Shown: positions 1-9,295, counted from the stretch's first letter. The stretch is 64,000 bases of DNA from Burkholderiales bacterium (GCA_030683105.1 JAUXMZ010000075.1:17545-81544); one strand, 5' to 3'. The notes: generated by a model not told the origin, from the sequence alone. Program-made: numbers and translations.

Positions 1-474
1 CAAATCAATACAGCGTCGGACGATTGGTGCGCATTCTGGCGCGAACACCGGCTGGGGTATCAGCTCAAGCTTGCGGCAACCAACGGTTATGTTGGCCGGC
101 TGCAGCAACTGGGCGGACGACTCATGAATCATCTGCCCGAACTGTTAAGCGGCCGCCGGCCGCAACCGTCTCTGCTGCATGGTGATTTGTGGTCGGGCAA
201 CGCAGCATTCGATGCGGGTGGTGAGCCGGTGATCTTCGACCCGGCCGCCTACTACGGCGACCGCGAAGCCGATCTCGCGATGACCGAACTCTTCGGCGGC
301 TTCAGCGCGGAATTTTATGCCGCCTATCGCGAGGCGTATCCGCTGGGCGCAGGTTATGCACGACGCAAGACGCTCTACAATCTCTATCACGTGCTCAACC
401 ACCTCAATCTCTTCGGTGGCGGTTATCTGGCGCAGGCGGAGGACATGATGGCGGAGTTGTTGGCTGAAGTTTGA
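1..474 (+). CDS. Fructosamine/ketosamine-3-kinase family protein, 5' partial
   Basis: Frame is open from base 1 (QINTASDDWCAFWREHRLGYQLKLAA...). It carries LLHGDLWSGN, FDPAAYYGDREADLAM and LYNLYHVLNHLNLFG motifs. Confidence 0.9.
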   Translation, partial: QINTASDDWCAFWREHRLGYQLKLAATNGYVGRLQQLGGRLMNHLPELLSGRRPQPSLLHGDLWSGNAAFDAGGEPVIFDPAAYYGDREADLAMTELFGGFSAEFYAAYREAYPLGAGYARRKTLYNLYHVLNHLNLFGGGYLAQAEDMMAELLAEV

Positions 475-483
475 ACAACCATT

Positions 484-657
484 TAGCCGCCAAGGCCGCC
501 AAGCACGCCAAGGAAAATCAAAAACAAGATATATATATAAACACCCGATACACAACAAGCTTGCGAGTGCTGTCAAAAGGCCATAGTTTTTAAAATAGTA
601 ATTTTATTTCTTTGTTCTTCTTGGCGTGCTTGGCGTGCTTGGCGGCCTTGGCGGCTA
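484..657. repeat. Inverted-repeat element whose arms are tandem 9-mers (GCCGCCAAG/CACGCCAAG), AT-rich core
   Basis: 484-512 TAGCCGCCAAGGCCGCCAAGCACGCCAAG is mirrored by 620-657 (CTTGGCGTG x2, CTTGGCGGC x2, TA). It lies between convergent genes. Confidence 0.9.
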
Positions 658-691
658 ATCGGTTTCAATTTACTTTTTCAATACCGCGCGC

Positions 692-1744
692 TCAGATCGA
701 CAGCTTCCCCTCCAACCCGGTTTCGCGCGCAATGCGCTTAAGATCGGCGCACGTATCTTCGGGCAATGCCAATCCCTGCTTGCGGTTTTTCGCGTCGTTG
801 CGCGCTTCCATCTCGCCCGGATAGAATATTTCATCGCAGCCCTGGGCCAGCGGCACCGCTTTCAGTTCGCCGATGAACGCCTGCATGCGCTCCTGAAACT
901 GCGCCAGCGGCTGGAACGCTTCGATGTTCATCGCGATCATCATGTGTCCGCAGTTGCTCTTCTCGGCGGTCTTGTAGGGGCTGTGCACGGCGGACAGAAA
1001 ACCGCTGCCGGTCAGCACGCCGGACATTACATCGACCATCGCCGCAATGGCGTAGCCCTTGTGTCCGGCCATCGGCAGAATGATGCCCTCTATCGCTTCC
1101 TGCGGATCGGTGGTGGGCTCGCCCGCCGCGTTGATCGCCCAGCCTTCCGGGATAGTCTGGCGCTTGTTGCGGGCAAGATAGATCTTGCCGCGCGCAACCC
1201 CGGTGTTCGCCATGTCCACGCAAAACGGCGGAAGACCTCCGGCCGGCGCCGCGACCGACCACGGATTGGTGCCGATGATTTTCCTGCGGCCGCCCCAGGG
1301 CGCCATTGCCGGGCCGCCGTTGCTGGTGAGCAGCATCACGCAGCCCTCGCGCGCGCCCGCCATCGTGTAATACATGCACGTGCCGAAGTGGTTGGAATTG
1401 CGCACGCCCACCGCACCTATGCCGTGTGCTTTCGCGCGCCTGACGGCTTCCCGCATGGCCAGCCGCGTCAGCACCTGTCCGACGCCGTCATGGCCGTCAA
1501 TCACCGCGATCGCGCCGGCATCGACCACAAACTCGGGCTGCGTCACAGGCTGCATCACCCCGTTGCGCAGCCGTTCCCAGTACCAGCCGAGCCGCAGCAC
1601 GCCGTGCGACTGATGCCCCCACAGATCGGCCTGCACCAGCGTATCGGCGAGCAGGCGTGCATCGGCTTCGGGCACGCCCTCGCCGGCATACACTGCCGTC
1701 GCGAAATCGGCCAGGCGCACCGGATCAATCAGGGATGTCGTCAC
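692..1744 (-). CDS. Ldh2 family oxidoreductase (malate/L-lactate/L-sulfolactate/ureidoglycolate dehydrogenase family)
   Basis: ADLWGHQSHGV, GVRNSNHFG, IGTNP, GHKGYA and PGEMEAR motifs. Likely start is GTG 1744; the ORF-track extension to 1831 is non-homologous. Confidence 0.88.
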   Translation of the reverse strand: MTTSLIDPVRLADFATAVYAGEGVPEADARLLADTLVQADLWGHQSHGVLRLGWYWERLRNGVMQPVTQPEFVVDAGAIAVIDGHDGVGQVLTRLAMREAVRRAKAHGIGAVGVRNSNHFGTCMYYTMAGAREGCVMLLTSNGGPAMAPWGGRRKIIGTNPWSVAAPAGGLPPFCVDMANTGVARGKIYLARNKRQTIPEGWAINAAGEPTTDPQEAIEGIILPMAGHKGYAIAAMVDVMSGVLTGSGFLSAVHSPYKTAEKSNCGHMMIAMNIEAFQPLAQFQERMQAFIGELKAVPLAQGCDEIFYPGEMEARNDAKNRKQGLALPEDTCADLKRIARETGLEGKLSI

Positions 1745-2196
1745 GATTTCAGGCGCTTCGCATTGTTTACGATTAAAGCTTTGGGGCTGGGGCAGCAGGC
1801 GCCGCCGTCGCGCCGCGTATAGTAAGCGCAATGCTCTTTGTCGAGCATGTTAAGAGTGCTCCAGCTGACCTGTCGCGAGCAGGCCACTTTGACACAATTG
1901 ACGAAGGATACCAAGAAAAGATAAGCGATATTTCGACCAACCGGCCAAAGGTGTTTTCGAAATTGATTGGCGTGAGCCTGCGCATGCCCCAAGACCGGGG
2001 CATGCGACGCACGCAGCCCACCGGACCTGTCAGGGCGCAGGCGCACTATGCTCTGGATGTAGTGCTCGGTGGCGCATGACCATCGCCGAATCGGTCCCAG
2101 GTTGCGAATTTACGCAGATGAGAAAGTATGCAATTATCGTGAAATTCCCCGGCATTACGGCCAATTGAAAGATTCTCAATCAAGCGGGAGCGCAAA

Positions 2197-3279
2197 ATCG
2201 AACGCAGAGACATCGGTATCGCCATCATCGGTTCGGGACGGATAGGCGCGCTGCGCGCGCAGCTTGCCGCGGGACATCCGGCGGTGCGCTTTATCGCCGT
2301 GTCCGACCAGGATCCGGCCAAGGCGGCCAATCTCGCACAGAAGGTCGGCGCGCAATTCCATTCAGGCGACAACGACGAGATCATCGCCCGGCCCGAGGTG
2401 AGCGCGGTCATCGTCTCGACCAGCGAGGGCGAGCACGTCGCGCCCCTGCTGAAAGCGATAGAACTGGGCAAGCCAGTGCTGGTGGAAAAACCCCTCGCAC
2501 TCACGCTCGCCGACGCCGACCGTGTCATTCAGGCGATAGAAAAACGCGGCGCCGATGTGCGCGTAGGCTACAGCCGCCGCTACAAGGACCGCTACCTGAT
2601 CGCCAAAGAGCAGATCGTGCAGGGCAGGCTGGGGCGGCTGGTGGGGGGTGCTGCGCGCGTGTTCAATTCGCGTTCGCAGGCGCTCGCCATGCTGGGTCGC
2701 AACCGCCACGCAACGCCGGTGGTGGACGCGCTGACCTATTACGTCGATCTCATGAGCTGGCTGCTCGAGGGCAAGCGCCTCACTGAAGTCTACGCGCGCG
2801 GCCAGATGGGCGTGCTGAAGGAGGCCGGCCACGAAGTCGAGGATATCAGCTACGCCATCCTGACCTATGCCGACGGCACGGTGGTGAACCTGGGCGTGAG
2901 CTACGCGCTGCCGGCCAAGTACCCGGCACTCGGGCACGCGGCGCGCGTCGAGGTGCTGGGCACCGAAGGCGTGATGATCCTCGACGACGATCACACCGAC
3001 CAGTTGATGTACACCGAAAAGGGCATTCCGCACGTCTATCTGCCCGATCACACGGTAAACATGGTATTCCTGCAGAGCGGTACGCCCGGCGACTGGGCGC
3101 TCGGCGAATTCTGGGGGCCACTCGCCAACGAAACGCGCGCGTGGCTCGATTACCTCGCGATGGGCAGGCCATGCGTGCTCGCAACGCCACAGGAGGCGCG
3201 GGCCAATCTGGAAGCGACACTGGCCATCGAGCATTCGATAGCCAGCGGTAAAGCAGTTGCTTTACCGCTGGCTCAATGA
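2197..3279 (+). CDS. Gfo/Idh/MocA family oxidoreductase
   Basis: Rossmann IGIAIIGSGRIG lies in frame upstream of the called GTG 2284, followed by EKP and VGYSRRY. There is no ATG/GTG/TTG between the stop at 2140-2142 and 2284, so the start is uncertain (ATC 2197 follows GGGAG). Confidence 0.85.
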   Translation: MERRDIGIAIIGSGRIGALRAQLAAGHPAVRFIAVSDQDPAKAANLAQKVGAQFHSGDNDEIIARPEVSAVIVSTSEGEHVAPLLKAIELGKPVLVEKPLALTLADADRVIQAIEKRGADVRVGYSRRYKDRYLIAKEQIVQGRLGRLVGGAARVFNSRSQALAMLGRNRHATPVVDALTYYVDLMSWLLEGKRLTEVYARGQMGVLKEAGHEVEDISYAILTYADGTVVNLGVSYALPAKYPALGHAARVEVLGTEGVMILDDDHTDQLMYTEKGIPHVYLPDHTVNMVFLQSGTPGDWALGEFWGPLANETRAWLDYLAMGRPCVLATPQEARANLEATLAIEHSIASGKAVALPLAQ

Positions 3280-3380
3280 GGCAGTAAAGTAAGTGGAAAT
3301 GGTGCGCCAACAAGAGAAGACGCGAAAGACAAACGCCGCTTGCTTCGCGTAAGTGCAACCTTGAAAACAGTGGAGGGAAA

Positions 3381-4361
3381 GTGAAACCACTTTTACGGAT
3401 CGGTGTTACCGCGGGATTCGCCGCTGCGCTCGTGATGGCAGGACCTCACACCGCAGCACAGGCGGAAGCGTGGCCCAGCAAGCCCATCAGGATGATCGTT
3501 TCCTCGGGAGCAGGCGGCGGACTGGACCTTGCCGCACGTCTCGTCGCGGCCCCGATTGCGGAGGCGCTGAAGCAGAACGTGGTGGTGGACAACCGCCCCG
3601 GCGCGAGCGGCAGTATCGCCGCCGAGCTCATCGCGCAGGCCGCGCCGGACGGTTACACCTTCATGGTGCTGAGCGCGAGTCTCGTGGTGTACGGCGTGGC
3701 CAACAAGACGCGCTACGATCTTTATCGCGACTTCGATGCGGTGTCTCAGATTGCCGCCAGTCCCTACATCCTCACCGTCACGCCGTCGCTGCCGGTGAAA
3801 TCGGTGGCAGAGCTCATCGCGTACGCCAAAGCCAACCCGAGCAAGCTTAATTTCGCGTCGACCGGCCCGGCATCGCTCGCCCATCTTGCGGGGGAGCTTT
3901 TCGGGATCACGACAGGAACGCAACTGGTGCACGTGCCTTACAGGGGCGTCGGCGCCGCGCTGCCGGACATGATTTCGGGCCGCACGCAAATGAGTTTCCT
4001 GAGCGGCGGGTCGGTATCCGCGCAGATCAGGAACGAGAGTCTGAAGCCGCTCGCCGTCGCCGGGACGGCGCGCGCGAAGTCGATGCCTAATGTGCCGACG
4101 ATGGCCGAGACGGGTGTGCCAGGCTTCGTGGTGACGCAGTGGCACGGCGTGGTGACGCCCCGCGGTACGCCGCGCGCCATCATCGAGCGGATGCATCAGG
4201 AGATCGCGAAGGCGGTTCAGCGGCCCGAGGTCGCATCGCGCCTGGCGCAGGACGGTACCGAGGGCGTAGGCAGCTCGCCTAAGGAATTCGCCGCATTCTT
4301 AAAGTCCGAGCGCGACCAGTGGGCCAAGGTCGCCAAGGCGGCGAACATCCGCAGCAAGTAG
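3381..4361 (+). CDS. Bug/TctC tripartite tricarboxylate transporter substrate-binding protein
   Basis: Signal peptide; GAGGGLDLAAR, VVVDNRPGASG, APDGYT, HVPYRG and PNVPTMAETG motifs. Confidence 0.93.
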   Translation: MKPLLRIGVTAGFAAALVMAGPHTAAQAEAWPSKPIRMIVSSGAGGGLDLAARLVAAPIAEALKQNVVVDNRPGASGSIAAELIAQAAPDGYTFMVLSASLVVYGVANKTRYDLYRDFDAVSQIAASPYILTVTPSLPVKSVAELIAYAKANPSKLNFASTGPASLAHLAGELFGITTGTQLVHVPYRGVGAALPDMISGRTQMSFLSGGSVSAQIRNESLKPLAVAGTARAKSMPNVPTMAETGVPGFVVTQWHGVVTPRGTPRAIIERMHQEIAKAVQRPEVASRLAQDGTEGVGSSPKEFAAFLKSERDQWAKVAKAANIRSK

Positions 4362-4470
4362 CCGGTCGACCGCCGCGCTCTGCGCATCGAAAGGGAGGCG
4401 CGAGAGCTTCAAGGAGAGACCGGCATCGTATCCAGGCGAAGGCCAGGGTCCAGAGAACGCGCATCAGTCG

Positions 4471-4601
4471 AATCAACAACTTACCGGATACTCTCAAAAT
4501 CCGGAAATCCCGAACTGCGCAGCCTCACGGCCATTCTCGGTGCGGCGGGACTGCGGCTGTCAGTGAAGCCGATCGAGAAGCGGCTGAGGAAGGCGGCATG
4601 A
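4471..4601 (+). pseudogene. Relic of HI1420-type addiction-module antidote (C-terminal HTH half)
   Basis: 4482-4601 reads YRILSKSGNPELRSLTAILGAAGLRLSVKPIEKRLRKAA*, resembling the LYRxLSxxGNP motif. The upstream half is missing or frameshifted. Confidence 0.65.
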
Positions 4602-4825
4602 TTGCGCACGCGCTCGCCACCGCTCTGCACGTTCCGGCCAACCGCATCACCGCGATTCTCAAGGGGCAGCGTGCCGTCACCGCGGACACCGCACTCAGGC
4701 TGGGCCGTTACTTCGGAACAACGCCCGAGTTGTGGCTGAATCTGCAAAAGGATTACGAACTGCGCGCGGCCCGCGCGACTTCGGAAGATGAAATTGCCTC
4801 ATTGATCGAACCTTTGGCGGCATGA
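4598..4825 (+). pseudogene. HigA family antitoxin (XRE HTH), N-terminally truncated
   Basis: LATALHVPANRITAILKGQRAVTADTALRLGRYFGTTPELWLNLQKDYEL is typical of HigA. The usual HPGEIL N-terminus and a cognate higB are absent. Confidence 0.75.
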
Positions 4826-4851
4826 AATATTGACGTGAGAGCTGCTGACAT

Positions 4852-4870
4852 AGTAGGATTAAATCCTACT
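4852..4870. promoter_or_regulatory. Perfect 9-bp inverted repeat, likely autoregulatory operator of the ParD/ParE-like operon
   Basis: AGTAGGATT-A-AATCCTACT, 19 bp upstream of the antitoxin start and downstream of TTGACG (4830-4835). Confidence 0.7.
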
Positions 4871-4889
4871 GCATTAATGGAAGCTTATC

Positions 4890-5168
4890 ATGCGTACAAC
4901 TCAACAATTCAGCATCACCCTGCCAAACGAGATGGCGGACATCGTGAAAGCCAAGGTCGCTACCGGCGAGTATGCCACCGAAAGCGAAGTGATCCGAGAC
5001 GGGCTGCGCGTCCTGATGGCCCGCGACCGCGCCGTGGAAAGCTGGCTTCTGCAAGAAGTGGGGCCGGCGTTTGACGCGCTGAAGGCTGACCCGGCGCGGG
5101 CTGTCGCCGTTGACAAAGTGCGGGCTGCGCTCGCGGCCGAACACAAAAAGGCTACCGCAAAAGCGTGA
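4890..5168 (+). CDS. ParD-like ribbon-helix-helix antitoxin
   Basis: FSITLP...GEYATESEVIRDGLR is a CopG/Arc/MetJ ParD pattern; 4-bp overlap with the toxin gene. Confidence 0.88.
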   Translation: MRTTQQFSITLPNEMADIVKAKVATGEYATESEVIRDGLRVLMARDRAVESWLLQEVGPAFDALKADPARAVAVDKVRAALAAEHKKATAKA

Positions 5169-5482
5169 TGCAGTACCACGTCGTTTTTACGCCCGAAGCG
5201 CAGGAGCAACTGGCGGCGCTCTATCGCTACATTGCGGCGGCCGCGGCACCAGAGATTGCGGAGCGCTATACCAGTGCAATCGTTGCATATTGCGAGGGGT
5301 TGCAGACCTTCCCACATCGAGGCGGCCGCCGCGATGACATACGCCCCGGTCTGCGCATCACAAACTACAAAAAACGGGCCGTGATCGCTTTCGACGTGGA
5401 CGCCGAAATGGTATCCATCATCGGCGTATTCTATGGCGGCCAGGACTTTGAGACTGCCCTGCAGTCCGAACTGGACGAGTAG
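5165..5482 (+). CDS. RelE/ParE family toxin
   Basis: YHVVFTPEAQEQL...FPHRGGRRDDIRPGLR...IIGVFYGGQD. Confidence 0.88.
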   Translation: MMQYHVVFTPEAQEQLAALYRYIAAAAAPEIAERYTSAIVAYCEGLQTFPHRGGRRDDIRPGLRITNYKKRAVIAFDVDAEMVSIIGVFYGGQDFETALQSELDE

Positions 5483-5533
5483 GCAAACATCACGCGGCAA
5501 ACGCGCCCGCACATCAACGCTTTGGCACAACTG

Positions 5534-5683
5534 ATGAAGAGCCAGTTCGCAAAATTGATAAGCGTAAACCTGCGCACCCTGCAAAACTGGGAACAGCAAC
5601 GCACGCAGCCCAGCGGGCCTGCCAGGGCGCTGCTCAAGATCGTTGCTTCAAACCCAAAGGCGATTGAGGCATTGCATGGGTAG
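5534..5683 (+). pseudogene. Truncated XRE/HTH (NadS/HigA-like) regulator fragment
   Basis: Below the ORF-track size cutoff. MKSQFAKLISVNLRTLQNWEQQRTQPSGPARALLKIVASNPKAIEALHG* matches the C-terminal half of XRE antitoxins. Confidence 0.7.
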
Positions 5684-5706
5684 CGGCTCTGAATTTTTCA
5701 GTTCTT

Positions 5707-5769
5707 CTTGGCGTCTTGGCGATTCAATTCCTGTTGTTTCCTTTGCGTTCCTTCGCGGCCTTTGCGTTC
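5707..5769. repeat. Solo arms of short tandem repeats (CTTGGCGT x2; CTT(T/C)GCG-type x3)
   Basis: Imperfect tandem units similar to the right arm at 620-657, between convergent genes. Confidence 0.55.
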
Positions 5770-5789
5770 ATGCTTTTCAAGCGAAGCTC

Positions 5790-6818
5790 TTAACGAGGCG
5801 GCGGCGCCGTCGTGCCGCGCACGATCAATTCCACCGGCAGCTCGCGCAGCGGATCCACGCTCTTGCCCGCCAGCCGCGACAACAGGTGATGGGCGGCATA
5901 GGTGCCGAGCTCGGCGGTCGGGAAATGCACGGTGGTCAGCCCCGGCGTCATCAGCGACGCGATTTCCATGTCATCGAAGCCGGTGATCGAGATCTGCTGC
6001 GGCACGGCGATGCCCTGCGCGTGGCATTCGGCCATGGCGCCTATCGCCAGCACGTCGTTGCCGCAGATCACCGCGGTCGGCCACTTCCCGCCGTCTATCA
6101 TTTCGAGCAGGCCTTCGCGCCCCGCGCTGTGGGTGAACGGTTTTTCCGTCAGACGCGCTGCGGGCAGGCGCACGCCACGTGACGCGAGCGCGGACCGTAC
6201 CCCGTCAAGACGTTCGCGCGCACGCTCGTTGTTGGCGGTGATGCCCGAGATCATCGCGAACTCGCGGTGCCCGAGATCGAGCAGATGGCTGGCGAGACGC
6301 GTGGCCGCGGCGCGGTTGTCGAATCCCACGCACGGATGTTTACCGCTCGCATCCAGCGCCCAGGTGAGGACATAGGGCATTTGGTGCGAGTCGATCATGC
6401 GGAACAGCGCCGGGTCGTGGGTTGTGCCCAGCAGCACCAGGCCGTCCACACCGCGTTCGAGCAGCGCGCGGGTGACGCGCACTTCGACATCGGCATCGAA
6501 ACCGTGCGAGGCAAGCAGCAGCGTGTAGCCGGCCGCATCCAACGCAGTCTGCAACGCATGTATGGTGTTGGCGAAAATCGCATTGTCGAGCGTCGGGATC
6601 ACCGCGCCTATGGTGCGGGTGCGGCGCGAGGCCAGCGCGCGCGCCGCGCCATGCGCGACGTAGCCGAGGGTGCGCGCCGCGTGCTGCACCCGAGTCAGGG
6701 TCAGGGGCTTCACCTTGTGCGGCAGGGACAGCGCGCGCGACACAGTAGCGGTCGATACTTTGGCAAGCCGCGCCACATCGCTGAGCTTGGCGGCTTTGAC
6801 AGGCTTTGCGGGTTTCAC
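5790..6818 (-). CDS. LacI family transcriptional regulator
   Basis: LSDVARLAKVSTATVSRAL HTH, hinge AARALA, and sugar-binding-like domain (ISITGFDD). Confidence 0.95.
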   Translation of the reverse strand: MKPAKPVKAAKLSDVARLAKVSTATVSRALSLPHKVKPLTLTRVQHAARTLGYVAHGAARALASRRTRTIGAVIPTLDNAIFANTIHALQTALDAAGYTLLLASHGFDADVEVRVTRALLERGVDGLVLLGTTHDPALFRMIDSHQMPYVLTWALDASGKHPCVGFDNRAAATRLASHLLDLGHREFAMISGITANNERARERLDGVRSALASRGVRLPAARLTEKPFTHSAGREGLLEMIDGGKWPTAVICGNDVLAIGAMAECHAQGIAVPQQISITGFDDMEIASLMTPGLTTVHFPTAELGTYAAHHLLSRLAGKSVDPLRELPVELIVRGTTAPPPR

Positions 6819-6936
6819 GGGATCAACCGCCGCGTGCGTGTCCGGCGCGAGGACAGCGCAGTATAGTTGAGATACGCGGTAATCATGGGTTGAAAAAGCC
6901 GGCCTTGCGACCGGCTTTTCGGTTCATGGCAACCCC

Positions 6937-8706
6937 TCACACCCCTTTGGCGCTGAACTTCTTGTATTTCGGCAGCAGGCGCCTGGGCTGCTTGAAGGCA
7001 TCGCGACGGAACGGGTCGCCCAGTTCCTGCGTCAGCATCATGTTGATGACCGTCGGCTTGTTCGATTTCACCGCGCCGCGCAGCGCATCGCCGATTTCGT
7101 CGACGTGGTCGACGGTAATGCCATTCGCGCCCATGGACTCCGCGACGTCCGCGAAATTCGGATTCTTCAGGTTGGTGCCGAGGAAACGGTTGCTGAAATA
7201 ATCGACCTGGTTCTTCTTTTCCGCGCCCCACTGGCCATTGTTGAACACCACCGCGATCGCCGGAATGTTCTCGCGCACGCAGGTCATCACTTCGTTCAGA
7301 CTCATGCCCCATGCGCCGTCGCCGACATAAGCGATGGCCGGACGGTCGGGCCGGCCGACCTTGGCGCCGATCGCCGCCGGGTAGGCATAACCGCAATTGC
7401 CAAAACTCATGGCCGCCAGGAACGAGGGCGTGGTTTCGAAATTCAAATAACTGTTCGCCACCGAGCAGACGTTGCCGATGTCGGTTGATACCATCGCGTT
7501 CTTGGGCATGGCCCTGGCGAGCGCCGCCAGCGCCTGGCGCGGGCCGATGCGGCCCTTGAGATTGGGCGAGGGCCAGTTGGCGAGTTCGTCTTTCCACGCC
7601 GCTTTTTCTTTCTGGATTTCGGCGAGCCGCGCCTTGTTCGGTGTCATCTTGGCCAGCGCCTTTAACCGCTGCAGCAGGTCCACTGCCGCCAGCCGCGCAT
7701 CGCCGCATATGCCGACCGATACTTTCTTCACCAGCCCGAGCATGCGCGTATCGGCATCGACCTGGATGATCTTGGCGTTCTTCGGCCAGTAGTCGAGCCC
7801 GTGCTGCGGCAACGTGCCGAACGGCCCGAGGCGGCTGCCCAGCGCCAGCACCACGTCGGCGCGCGCAATCAGCTTCATCGCCGCCTTCGAGCCCTGGTAA
7901 CCGAGGGGACCGCACGCCAGCGGATGGCTGGCGGGGAAAGAGTCGTTATGCAGATACGAGTTGACCACCGGCGCGGTCAGATATTCGGCCAGCGCAGTGC
8001 ATTCCTTGATGCCATTACCCATGATCACGCCGCCGCCCGACAGGATCACCGGGAACCTGGCCTTGGCGAGCATGCGGGCCGCCGCGTCCAGCGATTCGGG
8101 ACCGCCGGCGGAACGCTCGAGCCGCTGCGGTTGCGGAATCTCGAAGTCACCCTCGCCGTAGAAATAATCGCGCGGAATATTGACCTGCACCGGGCCGCGC
8201 TCGGCCATCGCGATATCGAATGCGCGCGAAGTGAGCTCCGCAATACGCATCGGCGAATTGACGTGCACCTGCCATTTGGTGATCTTGGAGAAAATCGGCA
8301 TCTGCTCGGTTTCCTGGAAGCCCCCCAGACCCATGCTCAGGCTGCCGGACTCGGGCGTGACACAGACCACCGGCGAGTGCGCCCAGTAAGCGGCCGCGAT
8401 GCCGGTCACGAAATTGGTGATGCCGGGGCCGTTTTGCGCAATGCACAGCCCGTGTTTGCCGGTCACGCGCGAATACCCATCGGCCATGTGCGCGGCGTTC
8501 TGTTCGTGCGCCACTGAAATGAAACGGATGCCGGCCAGCGGAAACAGGTCGTGTGCATCCATATAGGCGGAGCCGACGATGCCGAAAGAATCCTTCACGC
8601 CCTGTGCCACCAGCGTTTCGACGAATGCCTCGCTCGGCGTCATGCGGATCTTGCCGCCCGCAGCCGCGTTTTTTGCAAGATTCTTCGTGTCTGCCATCGT
8701 ATTCAT
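6937..8706 (-). CDS. xsc: Sulfoacetaldehyde acetyltransferase (ThDP-dependent)
   Basis: MTPSEAFVETL...GIVGSAYMD...HEQNAAHMADG...AQNGPGITN; GDGAWGMS...NNGQWGAEKKNQVD; ELGDPFRRDA C-terminus typical of Xsc. Confidence 0.92.
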   Translation of the reverse strand: MNTMADTKNLAKNAAAGGKIRMTPSEAFVETLVAQGVKDSFGIVGSAYMDAHDLFPLAGIRFISVAHEQNAAHMADGYSRVTGKHGLCIAQNGPGITNFVTGIAAAYWAHSPVVCVTPESGSLSMGLGGFQETEQMPIFSKITKWQVHVNSPMRIAELTSRAFDIAMAERGPVQVNIPRDYFYGEGDFEIPQPQRLERSAGGPESLDAAARMLAKARFPVILSGGGVIMGNGIKECTALAEYLTAPVVNSYLHNDSFPASHPLACGPLGYQGSKAAMKLIARADVVLALGSRLGPFGTLPQHGLDYWPKNAKIIQVDADTRMLGLVKKVSVGICGDARLAAVDLLQRLKALAKMTPNKARLAEIQKEKAAWKDELANWPSPNLKGRIGPRQALAALARAMPKNAMVSTDIGNVCSVANSYLNFETTPSFLAAMSFGNCGYAYPAAIGAKVGRPDRPAIAYVGDGAWGMSLNEVMTCVRENIPAIAVVFNNGQWGAEKKNQVDYFSNRFLGTNLKNPNFADVAESMGANGITVDHVDEIGDALRGAVKSNKPTVINMMLTQELGDPFRRDAFKQPRRLLPKYKKFSAKGV

Positions 8707-8744
8707 GTGAACTCTCCCTCACTCTGGAAATGATTTGTTGCGCC

Positions 8745-8778
8745 AGGAGTTCGTCGGATTTAGCCCCGACAAACTCCT
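8745..8778. repeat. 34-bp REP-like palindrome, copy 1
   Basis: AGGAGTTCGTCGG-ATTTAGCC-CCGACAAACTCCT; reverse-orientation homolog of 10669-10702 and 18400-18433. Confidence 0.88.
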
Positions 8779-8928
8779 AAAATTAAAAACTAAAAATGGA
8801 AGCCAAGTCCCACAGGCTGCCACCAAGGGCCATTCTAACCGCACTCCGCCGCGTAACCGTTCTGACCCAACCATGCCTGTATCCGCAGCACCCAACCCTA
8901 CGTCCATTATACGCGCGCAGGCCATGCC

Positions 8929-8942
8929 TGCAAGCGCTTGCA
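8929..8942. promoter_or_regulatory. Candidate LacI-family operator in the xsc/tauE divergent region
   Basis: Perfect palindrome TGCAAGCGCTTGCA fits the LacI/GalR consensus TGNAANCGNTTNCA; the LacI gene follows xsc. Confidence 0.65.
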
Positions 8943-9129
8943 CAATCAGTCCTTACTACATGATATAAAATGGATTTTAGCAAATTGCTCAGGGGCGGCA
9001 CACAGCACCGCCTGTGCGCCACGCTGGCCCCGATGCGCCTGCCGGCGCGCCGCGGCGCCGTGAGAAAAAACGCTAGAATATGGAGACCTCACGTGCCGCC
9101 TGTCGCGGCGCGCCACTCATGGAGACGCT

Positions 9130-9285
9130 TTGAACACCTTCCAGGACAGCGCTGAAGACACCGCAACAGCCGCGGCCGAACTGGAGCAGATCGCCCAGGC
9201 GGCGCCTCGGCAGGCGCTGCATATCGCGAAAGTCGCTGCGCTGGCGCTGCACCGCAGCCGCAACGCCGAAGCCGCTAGCCGCTAA
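9130..9285 (+). CDS. Possible small protein (51 aa), unknown function
   Basis: GGAG RBS then TTG: MNTFQDSAEDTATAAAELEQIAQAAPRQALHIAKVAALALHRSRNAEAASR*; ends 10 bp before tauE. Confidence 0.35.
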   Translation: MNTFQDSAEDTATAAAELEQIAQAAPRQALHIAKVAALALHRSRNAEAASR

Positions 9286-9295
9286 GCCGCGAACC

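Noticed and set aside
1831-2079. 82-aa ORF in the Ldh2/Gfo divergent region
   Set aside because: No motif or RBS support; lies in a presumed promoter region.
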